Below the pieces are notes generated by a model. That model made no database searches. It was not told the origin of the DNA and was given only the letters and a program-made list of their open reading frames with translations. 64,000 nt of DNA from Octopus vulgaris (lineage: Eukaryota): positions 39,184,001 to 39,248,000 of the forward strand of contig OX597814.1 of NCBI GenBank assembly GCA_951406725.2, written 5' to 3'. Made by a program: the position numbers and the translations under genes. How positions within the stretch are numbered: the stretch's first letter is position 1; every line of letters begins with the position of its first letter. Below, one piece after another: positions 13,976 through 27,934 of this stretch.

Positions 13976-14587
13976 AATATGAATTATAGTACAAGACAAT
14001 TGCTCGGAGTATGCTTTTCTCCAGTTCCTCCTCTGTGTTTGTGCGTGTACGCTCGCGCGTGTGCTTGTGTTTGTGTGTGTTTGCATATTTAGACTGATGG
14101 ATATAATGATAATAATACCAGCTGAAAGCGAAATGTGCGTACAACTAACTATTTCCTATTTTTCTGTTCACGCTGATACTGTAGAGGTGACTTGCTAACA
14201 ATATATCTCTCCACCGGTGGTCTGAATCGGTGTCTACCATTATTGGGAGAAGTAGTCAAGGCGGCTGGACACACTGTTCACCGCCGAATTAGATTGGTTT
14301 CAATTTTCTTGCTCTTGTTCTTCGTGTATTATATCGAACAAAGTACATGACTAGCACTTTGTAATCGTCCAAAGAGTGATGTAAAACAAAATGAAACGAA
14401 TAGTGATTTGCATAAAGTACTTGTAGTGCTACAAGATATATATTACAATTTGCCTCGTTAACGCACCACTAATATAATCAACCTTTCAGAATTACATATA
14501 AGTAATATTTCAACGTATTAAGATACATAAACTCATATTGATAACAACAAATATGCACCTATTAGCCCGTATTTATATAATAGTGTG

Positions 14588-14635
<48 letters not shown>

Positions 14636-14669
14636 TGTATTTATACATTTATGTATATGTACACGATTG

Positions 14670-14702
<33 letters not shown>

Positions 14703-15539
14703 GTATGTATTTTTCAAAGGTATAATGTCAAATGGTTACTGAATCGAGAGTAGAGGAAATTATGGCCAACAGACGGTGAACTTTATCAATTTTCACACCG
14801 AATTAGATGTAAACAACATTTTCAAATATCACACTTAAATTACCTTGACGTCATTGTAAAAATTTTCCACCAACCCGTTTCTTTCTATTTACAAGAAGTA
14901 ACAAAATACATCCTATCAGACAGACACGGTTGCAACTACATCCATCCATCCATCAATCCATTCACACACACATACACACACACACACACACACACATATA
15001 TACATGATATAATATATGTAGGTATATATGTGTGCGTGTGTCTATACACATACGCATTTTTACACGAAGACACCGGAACGAATACAAGCAACGTACGCAC
15101 ATTCGTATATAAATAATTTGGAATATTGTTAAAAACTATTACCTTTTAGAAAGGACCAAATGATGCATCAGGTATAAATTAATATATTACGTCAAACATA
15201 CATAACATATACATACTTATCTTCATACACACATACAGAAACACAAACACACGTACACATATATATAAATCTACCTACCTACATACATACATGCATACAT
15301 ACATACATACATATATATATACATGTGTGCCTCATATGTCTCTCTACGTTCTCGTTTGCTAAATGTCAGCAGTGTTCACAATACAAACAGTAAGCATATA
15401 CTGAGAAAGCAGAGATTGTATATCTTCTGGCGATTAACCATGTTTTATAAAGTTTTTATGCAGTCGATCTTTACATTTATAAAAATCACCTCCTTAAACA
15501 AGCACACAGACACAAACAAACATGAGTTCGAATTCCATC

Positions 15540-15685
15540 ACAAAGGCAAAATTGTTTTCTGAAACTTCGGATGCAAAAGTAAAAAAATGTGGTAGACCAA
15601 ACTGCGCAACATCCCCAAAACTTCTAGAAGGCTCAGAATTCCTTTTCAAAGGACAACAATTCAAGATCAAATCTAATACTGGCCA
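15540..15685 (+). mobile_element. Penelope-like element fragment (Cys-rich region upstream of GIY-YIG)
   Basis: TKAKLFSETSDAKVKKCGRPNCATSPKLLEGSEFLFKGQQFKIK resembles the PLE KCGRP.C.TC...F.I segment; ends near (TA)n. Confidence 0.6.
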
Positions 15686-15735
15686 AAATCTTTCTAAGTT
15701 ATATATATATATATATTATATATGTGTATATATGT

Positions 15736-15796
<61 letters not shown>

Positions 15797-15797
<1 letters not shown>

Positions 15798-16300
15798 AGA
15801 CACAAACGTAACACAGTTAAACTGGCAGGCTGCTGGGAGAAGCTACAAGAACTAAAGCTCTACACCGTGGAGAGAAAGTGAGACATGTATGCAGTGATAT
15901 ACATATAGATAATCCTGAAAGGTCTAGCTTTCACTTTTGGCATTAAAACTTATGCCAACCACCGAATTGGACGGCATTGCATAACACTAAACATCTTGTC
16001 TTTTTCATAAGAACCAAATAATGCAACAGCTGCAATTACAGGAGACCACATATGTCCAGCATCCAGCCATACAGCTTCAGATATTTGCAAGTTGTTGATT
16101 TAAACACTTCAAAATGCACCTGGACAACTTTGTATCTGAAATACCAGATGAACCCACATCACGACAGGAGGCGGAAAAAAGAGCGACACGCTCCATCTCG
16201 CTTCTTCCCTAAAAAAAGGACAGAAACGAGACAAAACAAAAACGCTGAATCGCAGTACTCCAGCGTGGCCCCAGCCCATGCCTGTAACAAATTAAAGATT
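15797..16300 (+). mobile_element. CR1-like LINE, ORF2 C-terminus and 3' UTR (decayed)
   Basis: WEKLQELKLYTVERK*DMYAVIYI (cf. YWERL..L.LYSLERRRERY.IIY), then FKMHLDNFVSEIPDEP; ends in a GCAGTACTCCAGCGTGGCCCCAG tail. Confidence 0.75.
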
Positions 16301-16779
16301 ATATACAGTAATCCCTTGATTATCGCCAGTGTTACCTTCCAAAATCCCCCGTGTTAGGTAAAAATCAGCGAAGTAGAAATTGTACTGTAGTGTATATTTT
16401 ATTTGTTTATAATTTGTATATATTTGTTTTATTATAAATGCAAAACAACTCCACAGAAGAATCGACGTAAGCTTGACTAATAAACCACGATAGGTGAACC
16501 GTGATATAGTGAAGGATAACTGGACATATGTATATACAAAAATATACATTCCTCTAAGTGTCAATTTTAAAGTATCTAATTTAGTCCACATACATTAAAG
16601 GACACGAAATTAACTTTTAACGGGGGTGGGATTAAATAAACTGTTTTTTCTTAAGGCCACAAAGGAAAACCCGGTCGAACCATTGATCAAAAGTTCGAGA
16701 GATGTGCCATATCCGAAAAAACTACACCACCTTATCTATATGTATAAAAATATATACACGTGTTTGTGTGTGTATTTTA

Positions 16780-17075
16780 TCTTTTCTTCTTGTTTCAGCC
16801 ATTACATTGCAGTCTTGTGAAGTTTTTGTCTAACGAATCGACACCAGGGCTTACTTTTCTTGTCTGATATTTAATCTAATGTTTTCTTTTCGTGAACCGC
16901 TCGGTAACGTGGACGTAACCATAACAACACCGGTGCCAAGCGGACGGAGAAGCATAGGCACAAAAACACTTATACAGACACATGCCCGTACATGCACAAA
17001 CACACACACACATGCGCACACGCTCACTGTCTTTTCTAGTTTCTGTCTCCTAAATAAACTCACTTATGAAGCATT
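16780..17075 (-). mobile_element. degenerate SINE family A copy
   Basis: CTTGTTTCAGCCATT...GAATCGACACCAGG...GAACCGCTCGGTAACGTGGACGTAA aligns with 27535-27680. Confidence 0.6.
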
Positions 17076-17175
17076 GTTTCATATATTTATGAATGTTGAT
17101 TTTTGTTATTTATCAACCAAAACTTTGTAGATTTAAAAAATCTTAATCCTTTAGACACGCTCATAAATACAACCT

Positions 17176-17242
<67 letters not shown>

Positions 17243-18460
17243 TACGCACACATATATTCTCATCTACCCTCATACAAACTTATACATTGGGCGGGGGAAA
17301 CAGTAAATGTATCTTTGAACATATATGTATACATCTAATTCGGATTGTGACATTTTTTTAATTATTCATATTATAGGTAATTTTGTTTAAATTCTGAAGG
17401 ATATAGCCAGGGTAATCTAACGCTGGCCACTACCCAACTAAGGAAAACAAAGTTTAATATCCTTATATTAACCATAAACATTTCATAAATTTAGGTCTAA
17501 ATGGCCTATCTTTAGTTATTAATAATCGCACAGTAGAATGGATAATTGAATATAAGCGTAAATAATGTGACACAGTTTAGGTAGTGAGTATGAGTACTAC
17601 TCCTGGTGCGTAGGTTTAGAATAATGCTAATAGGAAAATTAGGAACAGTTTTTAAAATATTTCAAAAGTATTTTAAGTTGGCTTGAGGAACAAAATAAAG
17701 GCAAGCTAATCTAGCCGAATTGAGAAGAAAACTTGTCTCAAATTCCAACACGGTTATTGCGGACGACAGATATCTGGGCAAACCAGTAAGGCCGTCTGTT
17801 ATGACTGTAAGAAATGAAGATGGCGGGAACCGTTCCAAAATTTCAGCTGATGCAGCTGTTTTCATTTACGTAGGATTTTAGTAAAAGTGACCAATAGAAT
17901 AGGTATCAGATGATTTAAAAATAAGTACTGGTGTCAATTTCTTCGACTAGACCTTTTCAAGGCATCTATGGACTCCAACTTAGCAATTACAGATGAGCAT
18001 GACGTGAAGCATAAGTGTCAAACACAAGTTATAACTGATTAGGCACTTGTATAACACAAGTACCACTCTCTGCAACTTGATGATTAGTATCTAATAACAG
18101 GCTGCAACGAGATGACCAGCAATCACGTGAAACTGCATGTTTTACATCTTAGTAGGGTTTACATCTTTGTGTACATCTCCTAGACGGATGCTGTGATAAC
18201 AAATTGGGTTTCCTCACACATTGGTTTCATTGCAGGCAACATAGGTAATTTTGAGTCCCCGTCATCAGATCCAAGGCAACCACACATGCTAGTTACTCCA
18301 AAGCGGGGATTCTGACAGGTGCCCTCGGTCATAGTATACTTGGGAACAATTGTAGCTTAGACGAGATTCCACTTGCCCTAAAACACTGCAACTTCTAAAA
18401 CAGAGCTCCGCAACTGGATTCAGTTGAAAATCATACACAGGGCATACGTAAGTACCTACC

Positions 18461-18583
18461 TACATACATATATACATACATGTATACATACATACATACA
18501 TAAATACATACATACATACATACATACATACATACATACATACATACATACATACATACATACATACATACATACATACATAC
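18461..18583. repeat. (TACA)n tetranucleotide; similar tracts at 18942-19090, 25943-26006, 28275-28408, 35853-35915
   Basis: Direct repeat. Confidence 0.95.
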
Positions 18584-21365
18584 GCACGACTATATCAATC
18601 TTGATTTGTTAACTTAATAGAAAAAAATCTATTTTCTAAAATTTGTGTGATACCTAAATTGATCTGAAAGTTTTTATACAATTATGCGTAGACACAAACA
18701 TCGACATATGTATGCGTATATGTGTGTATGTATGTATGTATGTGTGCGTGCGTTTATGTGTTGTATTTGTGCGCGCGTTTATGTGTTGTGTGTGTGTATG
18801 TGTGTGTATGCATTTAGGTACATGCCATATGCCTAGCGCTATTGACCACTCTCATTTAGGTGTTGGTCACAATGAGTTGTGTGTTTTACTATAGCATGGT
18901 TCCTTACTGTAGTACAATCTAACATTGTTGTTTCAAGGGAAGTATGTATGTATGCATGTATGTATGTATGTACGTATGTACGTATGTATGTATGCATGTG
19001 CGTACGGACGTATGTATGTATGTAGGTAGGTATGCATGTATGTGTGTGTGTATGTATGTATGTATGTATGTATATATGTATGTATGTATGTGAATTTGCG
19101 CAGTTCCCTCTGTTTTATTCAGTGTCATAGTTTTTACAGACATATTGATGAACAGCTACAGCTATAAGTATAAATACTTGATTATTATATCCACGTTTTT
19201 GATTCAGTGAAATCTCGCACAGATTATATTCGCCAGGCTTTCTTCTATTTAGTTAAATGTAAATAAAGTACCAATCAAGATTAATATACCAATTTCATCC
19301 CTGACGTTTTTCAATTGTAGAATATTAGACATATAAATTATATGGTATTTGTAATAAAAATTATCTGAACAATTTTCTATATGTTTAAGTTTAAATTTAG
19401 GAATATTAGGTGCTATTTGTTTAGTCTCTTTCCAAACGTAGTTAAAATCCCAGCAAAATGAACTTTACGCCTCATTTCTCTAGTCGATAGATCCAGTCGC
19501 CCTGAAACGATATAATCAATATAATCGACTTTACTTATATGGCAAAAACTGCTGTGCTTTTTTACCTATTCTGGATGCCATTATGTAGCTTAGTACCGTT
19601 AGATTTTTATATGAAATCAAATAATGTTTAAGAGTCCTTTTTAGCTTGAGGGTATCGAATAAATCATTCAGAAAATATACAATAATAGATTGAGTCGACT
19701 ATTTTTATCTCTCCAAAAATGGTTTTCGTTTTTTTGTTTTGCAACAAATATTTTTTCATGAGTAGTAATTTAAATAATAAGGATTTTCATTTTGCGTACA
19801 TCTAACTGAAAATATTTCTGGAGAGACCATAATAGCTTTAGAAATATCCAGAACATTTCAAATAACACGTCATATTACGTTGCTCTGTAAATACCTTCGT
19901 TGCTGCTGTTACAAAACTTTTCCTCTTTCAAGATGCCATATTTATACTGACAATAATATGCAAGGAGAGAGGGAGAGAGGAGAAAGTTTGAATTCGAGAG
20001 TGTATGAGATTAACATATAGGAAGAATCAATTGATAGAGTACATTTATCCTTGTATGTAAGCATATTATTTTACGTACAGCTCATCCATTTGTTTTTTTT
20101 TTTTTTTTTTGTTGTTGTTTTTTTCAGTGCTATCATTTTGATGTTGTCAGTTAAGGCAGGCTTTCTGGACTATCGAAGTCAAGCCTTCTTTTGAAATCTC
20201 CCACGCAACTCAATTTCAATAAATTTATAAACTCGATGTTGCAGATTTTTTTCCGCATTCGTTGCGCTATTTTTGTCTCTTTACATGTTATTTCGAGTCC
20301 AGAGCGCTCGTGAGCGTGTCGAGTTCTGCTTTGATTCGGTACCGGTATATTTTCAGCTTTCTTGCATTTCTACATTAAGAAATTATTGAGAAAATACATA
20401 AGTCATAAAATAGTCCCAGATAAAATCATACTTGAAGATATTTTGCTTTAGTAAAAGGCACATGACTTTTTGTACTTACATTCTTCTCACAAAATTCAGT
20501 CGGATCCCCTCCTATATTCGAAATTAAACATATGAAAATATTCGCGTTTCATCCTTATGTCACCGATTAGAGTTTAGATAAAAAAAATCTTCAGAGCAAT
20601 TTATGAGTATTTGAACTGAAAATTGCATTTCTGGCATACGATATTTCTCGGTAGGATGTTTTTTCCGAGTATTTGTTGAATTATGAATTATATAAGCATG
20701 TATTATATAAAATCCGACTCTGGATAGCAATTCATCAGAGCAATTATCAAATTATAAGTGCCCGTTATCATGTAATATGTTATTTGGTCATATGAAGAAG
20801 ATATTATATGTCAAATTGACGTCAAACCTCTATGTTATATACTGTTACTTTTATTCAGGTGCAATCTAATATTTTATATCTCAGGTAGGCGGATTATTGG
20901 CATCACCTCATAAAGGACTTACAACTACCCAAAGGCAGAGAGTATGTATGTTATGATCATTATTCTTCTTTTGAGGGTGTCACATAAATAATTTTCCTTC
21001 TAAGAGAAATCAACATCATTTTTGATATGATATGCATTGAAGTGAGGAATTTGTTTCTCTCTCGTAGGGATCACCGCAGTCAGCATACAATTCAAGTGAT
21101 AAAATATGTATAAAATGAAAACGCTTATGAGAAAATGATGATTCTATTAAAACTGCTTGGTTTTAGATACAATTTCAGCAAACAACGGAGCTGTATCTAT
21201 CGCAAAAATTTGCTGTTTACCTTATGAAAGTACATCGGGTTAAGCTGTTAGCAGATTATACACGGAAACGAAAGCAGGCCTTGTTATTTATTCAAATTCA
21301 TCAATTCTTCAAGAAATTTGTAAGGAACATGTAAGTAACGCGCATATAAATGCGCGGATGGGTAT

Positions 21366-21490
21366 GCATATCCACTATATCGCGTCGAATGCACCGGTTT
21401 AATGTCCGGACACCGAAATTAAGCAGCGTCGAACAAATGTGGTAATTAGATGGGAGACCACTCGTGGTAATCATCTAACTCTCAGTAGGC
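21366..21490 (+). pseudogene. degenerate 5S rRNA copy
   Basis: ATATCGCGTCGAATGCACCGGTTTAATGTCCGGACACCGAAATTAAGCAGCGTCGA...GTAATTAGATGGGAGACCACT...GTAGGC is colinear with metazoan 5S (ATATCACGTTGAA..CACCGGTTCTCGTCCGATCACCGAAGTTAAGCAACGTCG...GTACTTGGATGGG.GACCGCCT...GTAG); ~120 nt; no T-run terminator. Confidence 0.8.
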
Positions 21491-21494
21491 ACTC

Positions 21495-21694
21495 GCTTAG
21501 CTATGTGACAAGAAGTTTGCTTACCGACCAGCCACATCTCTCCGTGATCGGTCTCACCGCTTGGCAACTTGGACAACAATTTTCTACTATGGCATCAGGC
21601 TGATTCGACGCTGTAAATTGATTTAATAGATGGAAACTGGAAGAAGCACACAATGTGAGTGTATGTGTGTGTATGTGTGTGTGTGTGTGTGTGT

Positions 21695-21747
<53 letters not shown>

Positions 21748-21925
21748 TGCGTATTTGTTCCCCTACCGTTTGACAACTGTTGTTGATTTGTTCATGCAAC
21801 GTAGCGCTTCGGCAAATGAACTGATACAATAAGTCCCGGGGTCGATTTGTTCGATTAAGCACCCTTTATGGCAGTAACCTAGCATGGCCGCAGTAGAATT
21901 ACAGAAACAAACCGAAGATAAAAGA
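21495..21925 (+). mobile_element. degenerate SINE family A copy with expanded internal (GT)n
   Basis: AAGTTTGCTTACC...TTCTACTATGGC...GATGGAAACTGGAAGAAGC...(GT)n...GGGGTCGATTTGTTCGA...CAGCATGGCCGCAG-like tail. Confidence 0.7.
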
Positions 21926-22673
21926 AAATATATATTTGTATGCGTACGTTTTAATCTATACGCAAGCACGCCAAAAACTAGTTGATTGACAAACATAAAT
22001 AAAACTTGAAATTCGTCTAGTATTATATTACCGAAATTATTTTATTGGTAAAATTAGCAAAATGCAATAAAAAAGTTAATAATGTCATTATACTTCTATA
22101 AACCGTTCGACAGTAAGTTTACACCGACCAAGAGTCGAAACCGTTATATATTTATTTCTCATCATGCATTTCGTCTATTAATGCGCTTATCATTTAATCG
22201 AGTTATATTAAAGTGACCATGGCTATGTAAATTCAAATAAACACTTAGCACGTAGAACTGTGTTATGTTCGCAAGGAGAAATAATTTCACTGTAACCACA
22301 TGGCATAGCCTTTAACATAAAATTGAAAGGCAACGCCTATTGGACTAATTATACCCCGTGTACTTAATAGAATGATGTTCCGTTTGATTACGCGTAAATA
22401 TTTCTTCGTACTTTCCTTCCATTAAATGTAAACCTTGCCAAAATATAATAACAGCTTTAAAACTGATGAATGCCTAAGTAATACTGTTACAAATTACTTA
22501 ACGAATACCAGCTGTAATGGGACATCATTAAACGAAGTAAATTGGGAGAAGTGAAAGAGAAGAGGAGGATAGATGTGATGGCTGAAAGTTATGATGGAGC
22601 AATAATGATCGCGTATGTTAGTCTGTGAATCTATGCATCATAATTCCAATATAAATATGTTTGTGTGTGTGTG

Positions 22674-22750
<77 letters not shown>

Positions 22751-22927
22751 GCATATATATGTAGCATAAATATGATATGTACATATGCAAGTGTGATAAA
22801 TATGAATGTATATAAGATGCATCGTGTGAATATAACGATAGTCATGTACGTAAGCGGCAGGTGATTACATTTATACAGTATTTCATGTTTTCGTCCAAAA
22901 TTCAGTTAATGCATACGCACATACATG

Positions 22928-23041
<114 letters not shown>

Positions 23042-23807
23042 TGTGTGTGTCTGCGTGTGTATAGAAAATACAATATGTACAAGAATACAAAACACCTTGT
23101 CAGTTAGGTGATACAAAAATGCGACAACAAAACATCCAGATAGACGCTACAAAGAAAACAAGGAGGAGTCATTCGAAGTTTTTTTCTTCAGTCGAGTACC
23201 AGATTATCTTTCGCAATTTCGGGTGATTATACTCGAGATTGCTCCAAGCTGGACAGCCACAAGAAAAAACTAAGCTAAGAGCATTAGATTCCTTGGAAGA
23301 AAGCAGCAAATGTATACAAAAGCAAGGATGGAAAAACAAGAACACAAATACAATAAAAATAATAACAGGGCATAACAACATGTGTCTTTCGACAAAGGAC
23401 GAATTAGATTAAGCTGGCGTGTGTGGAAATGAAGGCTTACGGTAGCGATACAATATTCCACGGGCACGGGGAAGAATATTGATGCTGCACGGACAACGAC
23501 CAGACCAAGAAAGAAAGATGAGGCTTGGCTGAACACCGGTAACATGGGAAGAGAAGAGAGATGGGTAGAGACAGAGGGACAGAAGAATTAAGGAGGTACG
23601 AGAAAAAAATGACAGGGACACAGTCAAGTGAAAAGTGGAGAAGGCAGAGTAATGCGTGAGGGGGGTGGGCGTTGAAAGAAAGAAGTGTGGCATGAACGAA
23701 TAAGCGTGAAAGGGCTAATAGACAGAAATAGAGTCATACACGATTTAGAAAAATGTATACTTACATATAAGAGACCAAAGTGTACATACGCCGCTATATA
23801 TATATAA

Positions 23808-24000
23808 TACAATGTGTGATGGGTAAATCGTCGGCATTCCTTATCTTTTATTTCACGCTTGCGTATTATTTGATTTTGATTTTGTCGACTAAATAGTATT
23901 ATAGGGTCAGTTTTGCACTCTCTGTGAGAAAAACAGCACCATGACGCAATTCACTTTGCCCAAAATTTGGAAACTATTTGCTGTACTGCAAGCCCCAACC
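23808..24000 (+). mobile_element. possible Tc1/mariner 5' end fragment
   Basis: TACAATGTGTGATGGGTAAATCGTC resembles a TACAG.GTG-type terminal repeat after TA, followed by a short ATG frame (MTQFTLPKIWK); no partner TIR found. Confidence 0.3.
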
Positions 24001-24234
24001 AGAACATTTCAGAGCCTCTGGGTGATAATCTGTGGACAGTGCTATATGAGTATATATACCGGAAGTGATAAAAATCAAACATCCAGTTAACATCATGATG
24101 TTTGTAGTGATCACTAGTGATGATACGTTATACCCCCGTTCATATTCTCACACAGACTCAGACTCAACACGATATTAAATATATATATATATATATATGT
24201 GCGTGTGTGTGTGTGTGTATGTGTGTGTGTGTGT

Positions 24235-24278
<44 letters not shown>

Positions 24279-24280
<2 letters not shown>

Positions 24281-24544
24281 AGGCGCAATGGCCTAGTGGT
24301 TAGGGCAGTAGTCTCGCGGTCGTAGGGTCACGGTTTCGAATCCTAGACCGGGCGTTGTGAGTGTTTATTGAGCACCTAAAAGCTCCACGATGCTCCGGCA
24401 GGGGGGGGTGATCCCTGCTGTATTCTTTCACCACAACTTTCTCTCACTCTTTCTTAGCCAGTGGGGTGGCGTTATTCGAAGGCTAAAACAATGCGAACGC
24501 ATTGTGACCAGCGATGTGTAGCAACATCTGATGGTTTGGTCACG
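24279..24544 (+). mobile_element. tRNA-derived SINE family C
   Basis: GGAGGCGCAATGGCCTAGTGGTTAGGGCAG... (A box TGGCCTAGTGG), GGTTTCGAATCC (B box), GC-rich body; lies between (GT)n and (TA)n. Confidence 0.75.
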
Positions 24545-24586
<42 letters not shown>

Positions 24587-25385
24587 CAATCATACATATC
24601 TATAACAGATTGACAAATTGTGCAGCCCCATTCACGTCCGCTTGAACCAACTGAATATGTAGCAGTCTAAATATTACGACCTCGGGGCGATTTCTTCGAC
24701 TAAACTATTGAAGGCGGTAACCCAGCATGGCTTCAGTCTAATGACTGGAGCAACGGACAAGTTATATTGTAGAGATTCTTATGGAATCAGATTTCTAGAG
24801 ACATGTATAAATCGTATTGAAAGTCATGGAATTGAGAGGCATTAGTCTGTGTACATTACAGCACATTTTGGGTGAAATTCACTCTCTTTAATTCTTAACT
24901 CCTACTACAAAAGTTTAGTTAATACTCCATACAGAATTCTCAATAATATTTGCTTCCGAAATAGTTTAAGAGAGGATGACAATTATTCTTGAAATATTTT
25001 TACTAGCTTTGTAAGAAGCATTGAATGATTTTCTTCAAAACTTTTCTTTACTTTGTGGATATCTTGATAAATTTTTGAAAAGCAAGTAACTCTTTTAACT
25101 ATTTCACAGCCATCGTACCAGAAACTAGAGAAATACTAGACGAGTAAGACGAAACATGACGTTTAAGAAAAAAACGTTTTAAAACCCGTTCTTTACAATA
25201 TTTAGATGTTTCCAATGAACTGATTTTCTTCCATGTATCATATGAAAAGTCCTTTTATAGATTTAAGATGTGTTGAGCTTCATTAAAGAATATCACAATT
25301 TCTTTGAATATATATATATATATATATATATTACCATTACAAGTACACAATTCCTTGAGCAATGTTTGTATGCCTGCATATATGT

Positions 25386-25662
25386 AGGCGCATGTCTTAG
25401 GGGTTAGAGCATTGTGCTCACGATCGTACGATCGACACTTTACTTCACGTTGCTCCAGTCGACTCAGCTGGCAAATATTAGTACATGTAATTTCAAAGGG
25501 CGAGGCTTGTCACCCCCTGTGTCAGGCTGAATCTCTCTGAGAACTACGTTAAGGGCACACGTGTTTGCGGTGCTCAGCCACTTGCATGTGAATTTCTCGA
25601 TGAAGCTGTTCCGTTCGTTGTATCACCTGGGACCCTCCTCATCGTAACCGTCGGAGTGTTCT
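25386..25662 (+). mobile_element. tRNA-derived SINE family D (CORE-like domain), internally deleted
   Basis: GGCGCATGTCTTAGGGGTTAGAGC head, then CACTTTACTTCACGTTGCTCCAGTCGACTCAGCTGGCAAAT (CORE-like). Confidence 0.55.
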
Positions 25663-25788
25663 TTTTAAATTAATATGTAGATGTTCATTTACAAACACAC
25701 GCACGCAAGCAGATACACACACACACGAATGCACACTCGCATGCACACGCGCACGCACTCACGCACACACACACTCACACACACACCC

Positions 25789-25840
<52 letters not shown>

Positions 25841-25940
25841 GAGTGTGTGTATATGAGCGTTAACGTAATTATGTATGTGTGGGAGTGTAGATCGATCAAT
25901 CGATACCTACATTCATGCATGCATACATACACACACATAC

Positions 25941-25971
<31 letters not shown>

Positions 25972-26563
25972 CATACATACATACATACATACATACATAC
26001 ATACATAAGTATACTAACGTATGTATAAGCATGTATCTGTTTAGGTATATAAAAATGTGTATAACGTGCGTGTACGTATTGGCATTTAACAATGAAAGCA
26101 ATTATCAGACAAGACTTTTCTAAAGACATGAGGAAGAAAATTATTTTCTGTTTGGTGAAATTCCGAGACATCTACATTTGTATTTATTCATTTAGCGGAA
26201 TACACCAGCTCTTTAACATTCCTGTTCTACTGGTAAAATCTAATACAATAAAAATTCTAATGCTTACCGAATCCTTGGAATGTCTGAGACATCTTTATCA
26301 TCTATTAAGTATACCAAACTAGGTTCCGATGAAGCATGAAAATATTATCTTGAAAGCTCCAGAAAAAAAGAAAATAAATGTATGTCATAGTAAAATCGCT
26401 TGAATTATAAATCTCGCTGAAACAATGTACCTCAACATGGCTGCACATTCCAGCAAACACTAAAGATTGGAATATATAGGATTAGCTGTGATATATTCTT
26501 CATAACAACATACATACATATACATACACACACTAACAAAAATACTCACAAATACACGCACAC

Positions 26564-26605
<42 letters not shown>

Positions 26606-26738
26606 TCTTATACATAAACATACATGCATACAAATGTATAAATGCATATGTGTGTCTGTGCTGTGCCTCTATGTATGTTATGCATATATGTGTGTATGTA
26701 TGTGTATATATATATATATGTGCATATATATATATGCA

Positions 26739-26777
<39 letters not shown>

Positions 26778-26922
26778 GCATGTATATATATGTGCATACA
26801 CACACGCACGCGTGCATGTATATATAAATAACTTTATACATATATACACGAAAATGTAAACACGCATTCACTATATACAAACAAAATATACGCATATATA
26901 TATATATAAATATGTATATTTC

Positions 26923-27030
<108 letters not shown>

Positions 27031-27512
27031 CTAATATTTGACGTGGATAATGTAAATTCGAACTTCGAACGTGGTCATATTCTCTGATATGTTTTGCTTT
27101 CGTGCGTAAACGGATAAAATTTGATCTTAATAAAGACTAGAAAGCCTCTCCAGCTTTAGTTGAAGCATCCCTTCATCCATTCACGCATCCATATATCCTT
27201 GCATAAATATGTACATACATAATACATACATACATATATACATATGGAGGGCAACCACACAAATATACACAAATGCATGCTTCTCAGTGCGAGCACGTCT
27301 GTGCGTTAGCTCTATTTGTAACCACGTGGTTATTCATTTCGTTACAATGCGCGGCATTTTGATCCATTGTCTTTTACTGTAGCCCTTGGCTGACCGATAG
27401 AATGAGAACCACAAATAAAAAAAAATAACAAACACTGTAGTTGGTTTGTTCGATTAAAAGCGCTTCAAGTGACAATCTAATGATTGAAAAAAGTAAAACC
27501 TAAAATGTTATA

Positions 27513-27917
27513 ACTCTTTACTCTTTTCTCTTTTACTTGTTTCAGTCATTTGACTGCGGCCATGCTGGAGTACCGCCTTTAATCGAGCAACTCGATCCCG
27601 GGACTTATTCTTTGTAAGCCCAGTACTTATTCTATCGGTCTCTTTTTGCCGAACCGCTAAGTAACGGGGACATAAACACACCAGCATCGGTTGTCAAGCA
27701 ATGCTAGGGGGACAAACACAGACACTCAAACACACACACATACATACATATATATACATATACACGACAGGCTTCTTTCAGTTTCCGTCTACCAAATCCA
27801 CTCACAAGGCATTGGTCGGCCCGGGGCAATAGCAGAAGACACTTGCCCAAGATGCTGTGCAGTGAGACTGAACCCGGAACCATGTGGTTGGTTAGCAAGC
27901 TACTTACCACACAGCCA
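27513..27917 (-). mobile_element. SINE family A, near full-length young copy (tRNA head, CORE-like CTTGGGCAAGT, internal (CA)/(TA), CR1-type tail)
   Basis: Highly similar to 57898-58298 and 52965-53361. Minus strand TGGCTGTGTGGTAAG (A box), GGTTCAGTCTC (B-box-like), tail GGCGGTACTCCAGCATGGCCGCAGTCAAATGACTGAAACAAGTAAAAGAG. Confidence 0.9.
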
Positions 27918-27934
27918 TTTTTTAACTGTTTTTT

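Noticed and set aside
14170-14380. GC-richer unique segment, possible exon
   Set aside because: Frames are short and closed; no paired splice sites identified.
24279-24352. Possible true tRNA gene
   Set aside because: A and B boxes are present, but there is no acceptor-stem pairing or T-run terminator and it continues into a SINE body.
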